A stretch of DNA of 64,000 nt. Source: Sphaerodactylus townsendi. Its lineage: Eukaryota. The position numbers were made by a program, and so were the translations under genes. The stretch covers positions 66,774,001-66,838,000 of the forward strand of contig NC_059427.1 in assembly GCF_021028975.2 (NCBI RefSeq), read 5' to 3'. Shown piece after piece: positions 29,700 to 43,400 of this stretch (the first letter of the stretch is position 1; every line of letters begins with the position of its first letter). The notes under the pieces are model-generated. The model was not told the origin of the DNA. It searched no databases and saw nothing but the letters and a program-made list of their open reading frames with translations.

Positions 29700-30960
29700 A
29701 ACCATTTTGTACAGGGCAACCTTGTTAAACCTCATTTCTTCAAGCACCTGTTTACAGTTTCCACAGTCCCCCTGGGATCTGGTGGAAATACAAGGTAGAG
29801 ATGAGGGCTATCTACATACTTGTAGCAACACCAGAGGCCAGGGAGCCAAGCAGCACTTCTCCAGCAATTCACTCAGGAACTTATCTTTGGGGTAGGCCAA
29901 AGCCACCTTAAAGTGGTCCCAATCCCATAAGGCAGTCCCAAAGGATACTATGATCAATCATATCAAAAGCTCCTGAGAGGTCGAGAAGAATTAATAGGAT
30001 TGCACTTCCCTTGTCCATTTGCTGGAGTAGTTCAACTGCCAGGATGACCAGTGCTGTTTCAGTCCCCAAACCAGGTCTGAAGCCAGACTGAAGCCCCAGG
30101 ATCCAAACAATCTGCTTCATTCTGGGATCTCTGAGTGACGCTCCCCCTTGTTCAATCACCTTGCTTGAGAATGGTGCATTTGAGACTGCACAGGGCTTAT
30201 CCAGCTCTCCTGGATTGCTCACTTCAAGACAGGGGTAACTACCCCCTCTCTCAAGGAGGGATTTACAGTGTGATGTACCAGTTAAGAGCAGTGGACTCTA
30301 ATCTGGAAAACTAGTTGATTCTACATTCCTCCACATAGTGAACCTTAATATAGTGAACCAGGTTTGTTTCCCAACTCCTCCACATAAGCAGTGGACTCTA
30401 ATCTGGTGCACCAAGTTTCTTTCCCCTCTCCTACACATGAAACCTGCTAGGTGACCTTAGGCTAGTCACAGTTTTCTCAGAACTCTCTTAGCTCCACCTA
30501 CCTCACAAGGTGTCTGTTGTGGTGAGGGGAAGGGAAGGCCACTTTGAAACTTCTGAAAGGTAGAGAAAAGTAGGGTACAAAACCAACTCGTCTTCTTTTC
30601 TCCTGGACCCAGTCTACCAGCCTCTCCCTAGCTGGGGCCGGGGAGGTCATCCAAGCAGGAGGTATGCCTCAGACCTCCAAGAATCCTGTTCACATCCTCA
30701 GACTGAATAAGATGAAAGGTATCCCATACAACTATACAAGTCAGCACCCTGGGACCATCCAATCCTTTTACTGCTAGAGTAGAGTCCAGGGTGGAACAGA
30801 TGTGGAAGATTTTATCTGCAAAGTGTGGAGCAAAGTCAGCACAGCAAACCACCAAGCAGTCTACCTCCTCCCCCAGGCCAGAATCCAATAGGCCCCTGAC
30901 CATCTCAAAGAGTTCTGCAGGTCTACACTGTGTGGTTGCAACGAAGGCAAAGAAATATTA
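29700..30960 (-). mobile_element. L2 LINE ORF2 fragment, split by a SINE
   Basis: Minus-strand QSGFRPGLGTETALV...LLILLDLSGAFDMIDHSIL and FAPHFADKI. Confidence 0.85.
30270..30600 (+). mobile_element. Squam3-like SINE with duplicated head
   Basis: agcagtggactctaatctgg occurs twice; body ctccacctacctcacaagg...gtgaggggaaggg; CTT-like tail. Confidence 0.65.
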
Positions 30961-31210
30961 TTTATTAATTAAAATGTAAGGCTGTAACCTAATTGTTCAT
31001 CTCATATGGCAAGACTAGATCACTCCTATTTTTAATGCCCCACTGGTGTGCATTCATTACCTTGACCTTTATTGATACATCACTGGTTCTTTGATCTATC
31101 AGGAAAACACTGTTTGCTCTTTGGCTTATGTGATAGTGATAAGCAGTTTATTGTTTCCCATTTTATAGCTAAAAGTGACATCCCCCCCCCCCCCTTAACT
31201 TCTCTTCTAG

Positions 31211-31570
31211 GCTGCTGTCACTATCCAAGCCTGGTGGCGTGGTCAGCTAGTCCGGCGGACTTTGAGGCATGCTGTCATCTGTGTGTGGTGCATCCAGAAG
31301 TGGTGGGCCCGTGTTTTCCGCCAGCTTCAGGAAAAGCGAAGGATAAGGGCATTGGTGATGTACATTTGGCCTCAGAAGTCTGCTGTCCTCCTGCAGTCAG
31401 TATTTAAGATGTGGCTCAGACAAACCCAGTACAAGAAGTATCAGAAGGCAGCCCTAATCATCCAAAACAAATGGCGGTACTACGCCTACCTGAGAGAAGC
31501 CAGAAACTTTTCGAGCAAAAACCCAGCCTGTGAGGGTGTGAACTTGAACATTGAAATTATTGTTGGGTAA
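31211..31570 (+). CDS. IQ domain-containing protein F (IQCF)-like, last coding exon
   Basis: Polypyrimidine tract + ttctag| then an open frame AAVTIQAWWRGQLVRRTLRHAVICVWCIQKWW...SAVLLQSVFKMW...AALIIQNKWR...LNIEIIVG*. This has the motif order of mammalian IQCF proteins (IQAWWRG.LVRR.L; IQ.WW; AV.LQS..RMW; IIQ..WR). AATAAA signals at 31611-31621. Confidence 0.88.
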   Translation, partial: AAVTIQAWWRGQLVRRTLRHAVICVWCIQKWWARVFRQLQEKRRIRALVMYIWPQKSAVLLQSVFKMWLRQTQYKKYQKAALIIQNKWRYYAYLREARNFSSKNPACEGVNLNIEIIVG

Positions 31571-31848
31571 AAGAGACTTCATGCTAAAGGTAAAAAAGGC
31601 TGCCCCAGTCAATAAAATAAACACATTTTATAATTTCATTCCTCTTTCTCAAATGTGGCTTCCAGTTAACACATGGGGGTCAGGCAACAGCTCAAAGCAA
31701 TAGGTGAAATAAGAGTCAACTGAGATTGCTCTGAGTCAGTCCTTGATACTTGTGCATCACAAAGGAGCGATTCACACTTAAACTTGTGAGTTGACCAAAT
31801 ACAGCTAAACATTTTTCTGCTCTGGATCTGGGTTAAACAGTATCCCCA

Positions 31849-32929
31849 TGTGACGGATTAGTGTTTAAAATGGTTAATTTAAAAAGGTGCAGTTCAGTCA
31901 GAGCAGGAGCACCAAGAGTTAATCAGGGCTCCACCTGATTGGCGGAGAAGCAGTAGCCAGGAGCCACAGAGAGGGTGTGCTCGACTTATATAAAAAGCAG
32001 AGAGAGCCTGTTAGATAACAGCTTTACAGATTGGGGGATTGGGTGACACAGAGGTCGAGCCTAACACAAAGAGTGTGAGACACAGATCATGTCAGTCCTC
32101 AGATCCAGTCTAGAGCAGCGGTTCTCAACCTGTGGGTCGTGACCCCTTTGGGGGTCGAACGATCCTTCCCCAGGGGTCGCCTAAGACCATCGGAAAATGG
32201 TCTTTTTATATTTTATATATACCAATTTTATGGTTGGGGGTCACCACAACATGAGGAACTGTATTAAAGGGTCTCGGCATTAGGAAGGTTGAGAACCACT
32301 GGTTTAGAGGCAGAGAGAGCCCAGAGACAGAAGAAGAACGGCTAGGTGGCCAGTGTTCTCTAAGAAATCTCAGAACTGAGAGGAAAGATCCTTGTTTTCA
32401 CCAGAGGCTAGATGGCCAGTTGTTGATGGAAGATAAGAGGGAAACTTATTTCACAGGAACACTTCTAAGACCACACAGAGGACTTGGCTATTGTCTCATT
32501 AGGAGTCCACACCTAGATACTGGGACCGGAGAGTTCATGAGGGTGTGTTAGCATAACTGGCAGAGTTAAGTGAGGGTTTTGGGAAACCCCAGAGCTTGCT
32601 CTGTTCCAAGCCAGTGTGAAACCCTTTGGAGTTAAGGGTGGGTGTTTTAGGAGAGTGTTCAGGACCATGTTGGAAAGATTTACCCTTAAAAGAGATACCT
32701 GTTTCAAGCTATAACTTGAAACTGAAAAGGCCATTTAACTGAAACTGCATTGTGTTGTTAACATCTAAGTAAAATCTGCCTAAAGAACAAGAAATGCTTA
32801 AAAACCTCGCTGTAACATCAAACTGAGAAGTAAAGCATGAAAATAAATTCTAGTTTTGTTTTGCTGTTAAAAAGCCTCTCAGAGTACCATTTTTCCCTCA
32901 GAATGGGTGGCAACTTATGTATTCTGACA
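31849..32929 (+). mobile_element. Possible solo LTR
   Basis: TGT...ACA ends, an ATTGG box, TATAAAA at about 31988 and AATAAA at about 32842. No TSD was found. Confidence 0.4.
32116..32301. mobile_element. SPIN/URR1-type hAT MITE
   Basis: TIRs CAGCGGTTCTCAACCT / AGGTTGAGAACCACTG. The subterminal sequence matches recalled URR1/SPIN. TSD GTCTAGAG/GTTTAGAG. Confidence 0.88.
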
Positions 32930-32978
32930 GGATTTTTGCCTAAAAGCTTGTGTGTGCGTGAGTGGGGTGTGCCTAGGC

Positions 32979-33124
32979 CCGTGGTGGCGAACCTTTGGCA
33001 CTCCAGATGTTATGGACTACAATTCCCATCAGCCCCTTCCAGCATGGCCAATTGGCCATGCTGGAAGGGGCTGATGGGAATTGCAGTCCATAACATCTGG
33101 AGCGCCAAAGGTTCGCCACCACGG
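32979..33124. mobile_element. Palindromic hAT MITE (146 bp)
   Basis: Near-perfect palindrome with exact TSD GCCTAGGC. Confidence 0.92.
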
Positions 33125-36100
33125 GCCTAGGCTAACACCAGCTATCAACTGAGCCCCTATACACTTCCCCCTGCTGGGCCTCTGTCTCTGTCAGGGAGTA
33201 GAGTGTGTTGCTAGCTGGGGCTAGCAAAGGGCTTCCAGCAGAAGGATAAAAATTAGGATCTAGGCTCGAACCGAAGTAATCACCTGACTTCTAGCTTCAT
33301 TGGTGAATGATGAAGGCAGCACAGGGATATTAATTGATTAGCAAATATATCATTTACTAGTAGCGGCTGGAACTAAAACACTGAAGAGCCATAGTATGAA
33401 ACATACAGAACAACGATATTCCACTATGTTCCCCTGAGAATAAAAGATCAAACTGCATCTCACCACCTCAAAATTATCCTACCTAAAATAGTTCAACCTT
33501 GAAAGTATCCATATAAGTTATCAACCCCACAACAATTTGTACTCGTTTGCCTGGCTATGTTAACAATTTGTGGCTAAAAACAAAAGAACCAACAGCATCT
33601 TAAAGGTTTCCCCCGCTTAGTAGCCTGGAGGCTGATTCTCACTCACTGCAGCTGAACGAGCAAGTGACTGCTTACAAGAGCAAGGTATCTCATTATGTAA
33701 CTATGATGCTACTTTGCTCCCCTTGAGCAGCTCTTGGAATGCTTCCCTGAGCCAAGATGTGTGAAATTGTTTAAATGGGTCATGCACATACTGTATATAT
33801 ATACAGGAAATCTCTGGAGTTGAGATTGGATAACTCTGATTTTCACTGTGTGGATAAATGATTCTCCCAAAACTTTTAAACATACAAACATTGATGGGAA
33901 TAAAAAAAAAAGCCAGACAGAGCATGACAAATCATGATCTGTGTCCTCCTGCGACCCTGAACTCTGCTCCTTTTGCAACCCTGAAGAATTGCAGCTTGCT
34001 TGAAAGGAAGGTTTGGAGTCACCTCGTTAGTTTAATTAGCTCCACCGGGCAAAGGGAAGAGAGGATGCCACAAACGTGTGGGCTTATACATTTATGCAGC
34101 CTCACCTTCTCAGACATCCTCTGCTGAACCGTTCTTGGGGGAACTGAGAGGGAAACAGGAAGGTGTTAATCCACTGCACTGTTTAGAAATGTAATGTCTC
34201 AGCTGGATCAAATCTGTAGCTGTCTCTGCCAGCCCCAGGGGGACTGCAGGAGAGAACCAGAGACAGAGAGAGCACTCTGGTTTCTTCCAGCCTGGAGGGG
34301 GTGCACAGCACAGGGGACAGCAGTGAGGGAGAGGAGCCCAGATTTATTAATAAATGTCTTTGTGTTATTGCCACCTCTGCAGAGGACTGTGGAGAGGGAC
34401 TGCCACTGCAGCCAATTTATCTGCTTATCTTTTTAATAAGCTGCCTAATTATCTTGCCAGTCTAACCCCCCTTTCACTTTGTATGACTCCAGGCACTGCT
34501 TTGTATTTACCCACCTTTTGGGCTGTTAATTTAGCTTATAATTCCTTGATTTAAACAGCTCTCTGTTGGGCTTTCTACCCCTCTGGGTTGGCGCCTTGTT
34601 TGCTTCACTTCATCTGCCCACAAGCACCATCCAAGTGGAAAAACAAGGTGACCTTTTTGTTTTCACCATGGATATTTCAAACAGATTTTACTGCTGATAA
34701 TCAGTTCCAGTCCTTCTCTTCACATTTCCTCTCCTGTCTCTCCTTTACCCTTCCATTTCTTGCTCTTGTTCCTAGTTAACTCACCCTTGTTTTAAGCATT
34801 CGTCCACATTTTGCCTCTATATTCTTTTCCCTCTGGTGTTCGAAATCATCCCTCTTCTTTGCTTTGTTCATTTCCCATAAACATTCTCTTGCCTAACCTG
34901 TAACCTCTTTAAAGAGAGGTGCGTTTTCCTGGGTTTCTCTTCATAGGTCAGTGGGACACAGTTTTTAAAGGGAGGGGGGAACCCTGCCCCAGTTCTCTGA
35001 TTATGGAATTCAGAATGGGACAAATAGGCCCTGAGGATAAACATTTGAAGGGAAAAGTTACTGGGTGGAGTTCCATAGGAGGGCCAAGGAAGTATGTCAG
35101 CCCTGAACCTACTCATGTCTCTCTTACCACTTCTGGAGGCATTTGATGCTGGAGATCCATCATTAGATTCTCCAGTCTGTAATTTCGCTGCCCAACTGAC
35201 TGGGGTTGTGGCACTGTGACAGAGGGCAATGATGCCACAGACAGCTACAAGCCCTTTTCACACCTGAGACTTAAAGCAGCCTGGAGGGAGCATTTTCAGT
35301 CAGGGATGTTTAATTACCCACTCCCTTTCCTCAGCTGCTTTCCAGTTAAATAACCCACCAGAAAAGGGGACCTAATGTGCAGAGACTTCATCACATGCAG
35401 TTTGGCTCTAAGTAGCTAGCAGTGAGAAGAGTCATGCACAACTTTGCGTTTGAGAGGGAGGGGGAGAAGGAGAACTGGGTCTGCTGATGCTGCTTTCATA
35501 TCATGGCCCAGCTGTGCAGTTGCAGACCCTGGCCCTCTTGCCTTGCAGAGCCCAGCCTAGTGTAGCTTCATTCACGCTCTTCCACCAGCTGGAGCCTCTC
35601 CTCAAAAGCACATGGTGTATAAAGCCACTACACAAACTACCTGACAAAGACTTGTGAGGACTTGCTTTGAGAGACAGCATCATCCTCAAAATGGAAGCTT
35701 TCTTTCTTCTCGTCTGTTCCTGACTTGTCTGTTCCAGTCACAAAAGGCTGGCTCCAGCAGCCTGTATTTTGAGCACAGTAATGGAAGCAGGGGAAGGGAA
35801 AAGGAGAAGTTTGACCTAGCGAATCTGTCAAAAATGAAGTGGCAGATGGCTCTGGACTCAGGTGCCCTCAAAGGGATCCTGTGACCTTCATGCCAAGGAA
35901 TCCAGATCAAATCTGAGAGTGAAGCAAACATAACTCACGGAGACAGAACTAAATGGCCTGAACAGCACAAGGTGACATCTTTTTTTAAAGATTGTCATTG
36001 CTGAGGCAGGCCTCCCTCACACAGCCTCTCTCTTGAACAAATTAGTTTCCCTGAAAGGTTAAAGGTCGTATGTGAAAAAAAATAGCTGTGCTATCATGCT

Positions 36101-37412
36101 GTGCTTTGGTGAAGTGGACTAGAGATCTAACAGCAAAGTCCTGGAAACCGGCACTGTCTTGTTTTGCAAATGAGACAGCGACTTTCCATCCTTTCTCTCA
36201 GCAATGCGCTTTGTACATGATAATGATATCTTAATTTGCATTAATTATAGCATTAATACATCCTTGGGGCTTCTCCAGAGCAGCAGCTAATTACTCTGTC
36301 ATATGGATGTTCTGGGACATGGTCCCTGTGTTAGCCTGCCTCAAATTCCACCAAGCTTTTGTTGGGAAGGACGGACTAGAAGGCAGAGGTGGCGGTCAGA
36401 GAAGGCTATAAAAAGGGCTCTCAGCTGTTCCACAGGTACGTGACTCAGGCTATCATTATCATTTTCACCACATCTCAAGAAATGTTAGCAAAGCTAAATC
36501 AGGTCATTAAGAAATACCCACAGACTGTAGGCACAAAAAAGGCACTTGTTCCCAGTATATTCTAAGTCTAATGCTACCATCCTCAATAACTGTCTACTTT
36601 ATTTCCACAAATACACCTTCACCTCAAGTTATAACTGTCAAAGGTGTTCACCTGCCCACAGCCCCTTCTCATGAATATGTTTCAGGTATAACCCCCATTT
36701 CTTTGACTTAATCTCTCATCTTGCTATAAATCTCCTCTGCTTAATAGAGCGAGAAAGCTTGAAATCCTTTGAAATCGGCAGGATCCAAATTCTCATGGGA
36801 AGACTACACAGTGTCAAGATGACCTTTGGTCATTCCAAGATTAGCAATATGCTAGAGATGTAAAGTCTGAAAGAGGGGACTCTATTACATTTTACAGAAG
36901 CTGTCATGCATTGAAATTTGCAACAATTTTTCCATCTACCACCTAAGAAAACCTCAGAACATCCCTGTAAGCATGCCAGAGTTTTATCGCCGTTATATTG
37001 ACTGGGTGGCTAAGAGAGAGATAATAGCTTGCCTAATGCCACCTAGTAATTTCACAGATGAACACAGATTTGAATTTGTTTACAGTCCATTGAACAGAAA
37101 TAATGTAATGCTTTCTCTTTGGTCTCATGTTGCATTCTCATATCCCCCTGCCAGGTCCATAGGCTGAGTACAGTTCTTTGAGATCCCCAAAATGGATGGC
37201 CCCAGGATGTGGTTGGAAGGCACGTGATGTGGCAGACTCAGTGAAGCTAATAGCTCTGGGTCTGATGAGGGCCTGGACTGGAGACCTCCAGGAAATGTTA
37301 TGTGTTCTGCCTTAACATTAATGATGGAAGAAGGGTGAGATCATAAATATCATAAGACATTGACCATAGTGCCTTCTGGTTTTAAACATAACTCTCTGCT
37401 AGCTCTTGTTTA

Positions 37413-38131
<719 letters not shown>

Positions 38132-38839
38132 CTGTGAGAATAAGTGGGGGAGGGGGAGAAAGAGAGAGACAGTTTGTTAGTTTGGTACAGTATAAACAAA
38201 AGATGTCTTTATGCTCTGAATCAGTGATGAACACTGATTCTCCAGATATCACTCCTACTGGGTAATCCCTAATCAGTCACACTCTAACACTTAGATGTTA
38301 AAATCACTGTCTACAAAACAGAAAATGGTATTCGTTTAGGATAGGCTTTCTGATATGCATAGGATAGCCTCAGGGAATATGCCTCACAGGTACAACTAGA
38401 ATGCAGGCAGTGAGTATCTGAGTCATTTGCATTCCATTCCTTTGGGCTGGTAGAGGAGGATACCAGATGTCCCTTATTTTCATGGTTTTTTTCCAAAGTA
38501 TTGTCATTTGTTTCAGAGTGTATTGTGGCATGGAATTTAATGGGCATACTTCAGAAGCCTGCGGTTTCACAGAGCTCAAAAGATGTCACAGTTAGTTCAA
38601 GTTTTCCCTTAGTTTTCAGATTTTGATCTAATACCCCAAAGCTGCTGGAAAGTTACCATTGTGTGAAAGAAAAAGAAACCCAAAGGAGTATTAAAATAGG
38701 CTTGACAGCCAGAAGTCCAAACACATACCTCAGCATGAGACATTCTAGTTGTTGTTTCTCCAGTCCCTGCCTCTCCCCAGCTTTGTCATTTGTACCTTCT
38801 CTTATCTGCACACCTGGAATCAACCCCCTGCCTTTCTTT

Positions 38840-40465
38840 CAAGGATGTAGGTAAGGGGGGGTTCTCGGGTTCAACCCCCCATTCATGTCTGAAGCCCCCC
38901 CCCCCCCCCCCGTTTGTGGGTTTTAAAAACATATTTAGTGTTTTTTCGGTTTTCAGCCTGCAGGGGGCGTATTGTTTAGACTAGCAGCACCAAACTTTCA
39001 GGGATTGTTTGGGAGACTCCTAATGATATCACCCAGGTTTGGTGAGGTTTGGGGTCTACATTTTTGAGGGTCCATAACTTTGGACCCCCTGAACCAAACT
39101 TCACCAAACCTGGGAGGTATCATCAGGAGAGTCTCTTACTGATACCACCCAGGCTTTGTGAAGTTTGGTCCAGGAGGTCCAAAGCTATGGACTCCTAAAG
39201 GAGGTGCCCCATCCCCCATTGTTTCCAATGGGAGCTAATAGAAGATGGGGTCTACACTTTTGAGGGTCCATAAGTTTGGACCCCCAGAACCAAACTTCAC
39301 CAAACCTGGGAGGTATCATCAAGAGAGTCTCTTACTGATACCACCCAGGTTTTGCGAAGTTTGGTCCAGGGGCTTCAAAGCTATGGACTCCCCAAAGGGG
39401 TGCCCCATCCCCCATTGTTTCCAATGGGAGCTAATAGGAGATGGGGGCTACACCTTTGAGGGTCCATAACCTTGGACCCCCTGAACCAAACTTCACCAAA
39501 ACTGGGTAGTATCATTAGAAGAGTCTCCTAAAGGTACCCTGAACGTTTGGTGCTACTACCTTAAAAATTGCACCCCTGACAGCAGGCACCCCCCAAATTT
39601 CCCCAGATTCTCCTTTTAAATCCACCCGCTTCGGCATGGATTTAAATCTGAGGTCCCCAGTTTAATAACAACAACAACAACAACAACAAGACGAAGAAGA
39701 AGACGAAGACGACAACAACAACTTTGGATTTATAGCCCCCCTTTCTCTCCTGTAGGAGACTCAAAGGGGCTTACAATCTCCTTGCCCTTCCCCCCTCACA
39801 ATAAACACCCTGTGTAGTGGGTGGGGCTGAGAAAGCTCTGAAAACTAGCCCAAGGTCACTCAGCTGCCCTGTGTGGGAGTGCACAGGCTAATCTGAATTC
39901 CCCAGAAGCCTCTGCAGCTCAAGCGGCAGAGCGGGGAATCAAACCCAGTTCCTCCAGATTAGAATGCACCTGCTCTTAACCACTATGCCACATTGAAAGT
40001 GATGCTGTTTCAGGGTGGGGGGATAATCCACCCCAAAACAGCATCACTTCCAATGTTGTTTTAACTGGGGACCTCAGATTCTCCCTTTAAGATGGATTTA
40101 AAAGGAGAATTTGGGTTCTCTAGTTTAAATACCATTGAAAGTGATGCTGTTTGGGGGTGGATTCCAGCATCACTGTGGCCGCCCATGGGGGGGGGCACAA
40201 AACTTAGATTTTGCACCGGGCTCCATTTCCCCCTCTAAGCCTCTGCCCAGAGGGGAGGGCAGAAGGAACTGCCAGCTGGGAGCCCAGGTGGCGGGGGGCG
40301 GGGGAGGGCAGGCCAGGAGAGTCTGCTGTCCTGGCCTCGGAGAGCTGCTTTTATAAGTGCTAGGCTGGGGCAGGGCTTGGAGAGGTGTGGCCATGCCCTA
40401 GGGACAGGTGGGGGTGTGGGCCAACCCCTGAACCCCCCCATAAAAAATCTATACCTACGTCCCTG
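38840..40465. mobile_element. hAT non-autonomous element with internal ~196-bp tandem repeats and a nested SINE
   Basis: TIRs CAAGGATGTAGGTA / TACCTACGTCCCTG, exact TSD CTTTCTTT, and repeat units starting at about 39051, 39247 and 39444. Confidence 0.85.
39668..39990 (-). mobile_element. Squam3-like SINE
   Basis: Highly similar to 24832-25128. The tail reads (AAC/GAA/GAC)n on the plus strand. Confidence 0.8.
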
Positions 40466-43400
40466 CTTTCTTTTCAGGCATAACTATGGAAGAAACAGGG
40501 AGGAGTGGAAACTAATAACCCCAACTGCAGAAGATTTTAAAATGAGCACCCACTTTTCAGGATATTTGGCACCAACTCAGCACCCCCCCTCCCAAAAGCC
40601 TATGCCTCCCCTTTCTCTCTTGCTGGCAAAATAATTTCTCCCTTCTCCCCATCTGTCTTTTAAATTACATCCTTCTTTTCTAGTCCTCTGGTACCTATAA
40701 ATCCAATTGAAGGTATACCAGAAAACAAGATTGCAGGCTCCTGGCCTATGACCCATGGCCAGATTCTGTGATACTGTGATAAGAAATTTATTCTGTCATG
40801 AAAAAAAAGTGCTGAAAATGTGCACATCTTGCACAAGTCATCTTGAAGAATTAAGTAGGACTAACTTAATGCAGTACATGATATTCTGACAAGAACTGGG
40901 GTGACAGAAAACGAGTTCAGATTTAGAAGTCACAAGTTCCAATATCATCTCGCTAACAAACTTAACCAGGGGTTTTAGGCAAGCAGCTCTACCTCCTCTC
41001 ACCCATAATGGATGGCCTATTTCAGAATTTCCCAAGTCCCCATCTTTACATTACTCCGTATTTTTAAGGATGTTGATCTTGTCACCCTTGCTTCAAATGA
41101 AGATATTTCTGGGTTGCAGCTTTCTAGAATTCCTTGTCACCATAGAAACTGTGAGACAGATAGGGAGGGAAATACTTGTGTAGGTATACGAGTGCAGGCC
41201 CAGCTCTTTCATTAGGCAACTGTAGGTGGCTTCCTAGGGCAACACATTTCAGTGGGTAATACTTTCTTTGCAAGATTTGCAAGAGGTACTTTGCAGGAGG
41301 TATGAAGGGTGACACAGAATTTCTCTACTATTGTTGAATTGTTCTGTATTATTTACAAATTTCTACTTCAAATATCTGTACAGTATGGGAATTTCAATTT
41401 TAACTTTCCACCCAGGGCTCCAAATATATATATAATATATCAAAATCTTGAGAATTTCCCCTAGGAAAGTCTACCAGCCTGTTAGTCTGCCCATCCCCTT
41501 TCCTTGTGTTTTGAACTATGAGTTGTATCAAAGTTGCCAAGCTTAATGCCTCATGATATCCCATGGGGCTTTAACTCTAAGGCAGTCTGGACAGAATTTC
41601 ACTCACTTGTCCGCTATTAATGTACCTGCTGTTTGCTTTTGAGTGATCCTCCTGATAAAGAAAAAATAAGGGTGGCTGGGTATTGTGTGTGTGGTGGTGG
41701 GGAAGACGGGTGCCTGTCAAATTCATACCACATTCTACGCCTCCACCGTTTGTAAGCAAACATCCCTGAAGGTTTATGAGGTTTATTCTTGATTATTTAT
41801 TCTTGATTAAGCAGAAAAAAAACTTCATATATTATGTTGTCTTTTTCTGCCCTTCCCCTTCCCCTTCCTCTGTCTTTTCTCTTTTGTTTCACTTCTCCTG
41901 TCTCCCCAAGCACAGTGTGAAATCAAGTCCTGAGGACCAAACCACTGAAGCTCTAGAGGGACACACTCTAAACATATAACAAGGAAATTAGCTAAAGCTA
42001 CAAGGACACAGCAAGTACCCAGAAGAGCACTCCTGGAATAATAACCTGATCAGAATGAAATAACAAGCTTGCTTTTGGTTTATTACCTCAGTGTTCAGAG
42101 AGGTGTGAGGAGAAAGACAGAACAAGCAATCAAGGACGCCATTTTGGGAAAACTGGGAACAACGGCAGAGCCAGGCCAGGCCTATGGTATTGGGGATCCT
42201 TGGTAGGCCAACCAGCTTCCCCAACCCACTTGAAAGCAGGCACAAAATCATGCTGCCCTGAATGTGGGTGAGTGAGCCTATGCTAGTTCATCAGTGACTC
42301 AGTGGACAGCAACAATGGTTGCCACTATTCACCCACTCCCTGTCTTTAAGATAGGGGACTAGTCAGAGTCAATGCTTGGCCTCAACAGGAGCAAAATACA
42401 GGGAAATACATGCAGCTGCCATTGGTGGTGATGGCCACTGTCCAGTGTGCATGCCTGTGTGTCACTGACTACAGAGGTGGTGAATTGCAGGTGCATGCTT
42501 TTCCTGTTTGGGAATGTGCCTCCATTAGAGAACGATTGCTTGCTTCCAACCATTAGTGTTGCCATGACTCTTGTCCTGAGTAAAGTGAGAAAGGAAGCAG
42601 TGGGTGAAGGAGGAGTCATGGGTTGACAGTGGATGGAGCCTGGTCAGTATTGGGCCATCAGCTTTGGTCCCCAGGCCTCAGCAGCTGCTGGATAGTGCCC
42701 ACCACAGGAAAAAAGTAACTAGAGCTGTCACCCAAATAAAGATCATCATTGATGGTTTTATTTGACTGATTTAAATTTACATATGAATGAGACTGTTTTT
42801 GTAGAAAAAACATAGTTTCAGATGTATTGCAGTCATCATATTAGGAGGACTGTCTCTTCTAAGATACTTTTGTGAGTACAAGTACGTGTCCAATAAATCA
42901 ATTTTTACAAATCTGTTGCCTGATTCATCAGGGGCACCTCTTTAACAGTTGGGTTTTTTTTGGTCACTTAATCTGAATTGAGTAAATGTTAAAAATAAGC
43001 TTGTTCTTAAAATGCACTTGGGGACGACAACAATATATATATGCAAGAGGCGGATTTTGAACTTTGTTGTGAATCCTCTCACTACGTGCCTCACATATAC
43101 CACAGAGACTGGGATTTCTTTGTCTGCAGCCTGTCCCTTACTGTAATCTGGAATGGGGCCTCTGCGGATGACCAGATGTACACATTTATATAATCCCTGT
43201 ATTTATGTCTGCAATATATCTGATTGTGGTACTTAGCTTATGTCATTAGCCACAGCTCTGCATGCTTGGAAATCCATAACCTTCCACTGAAATCAGTTAC
43301 ATGCAGAACTGATGTGAACCCAAGCACAGCACAATTAGTCTTCAAAATTAGTCTTCAGTTTTTTTTCTCATGCTGCATAAAAGTGTTTTTCATAAATGTT

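Noticed and set aside
39051-39500. CRISPR-like or coding repeat array
   Set aside because: These are contiguous tandem units without unique spacers, inside a eukaryotic hAT element.
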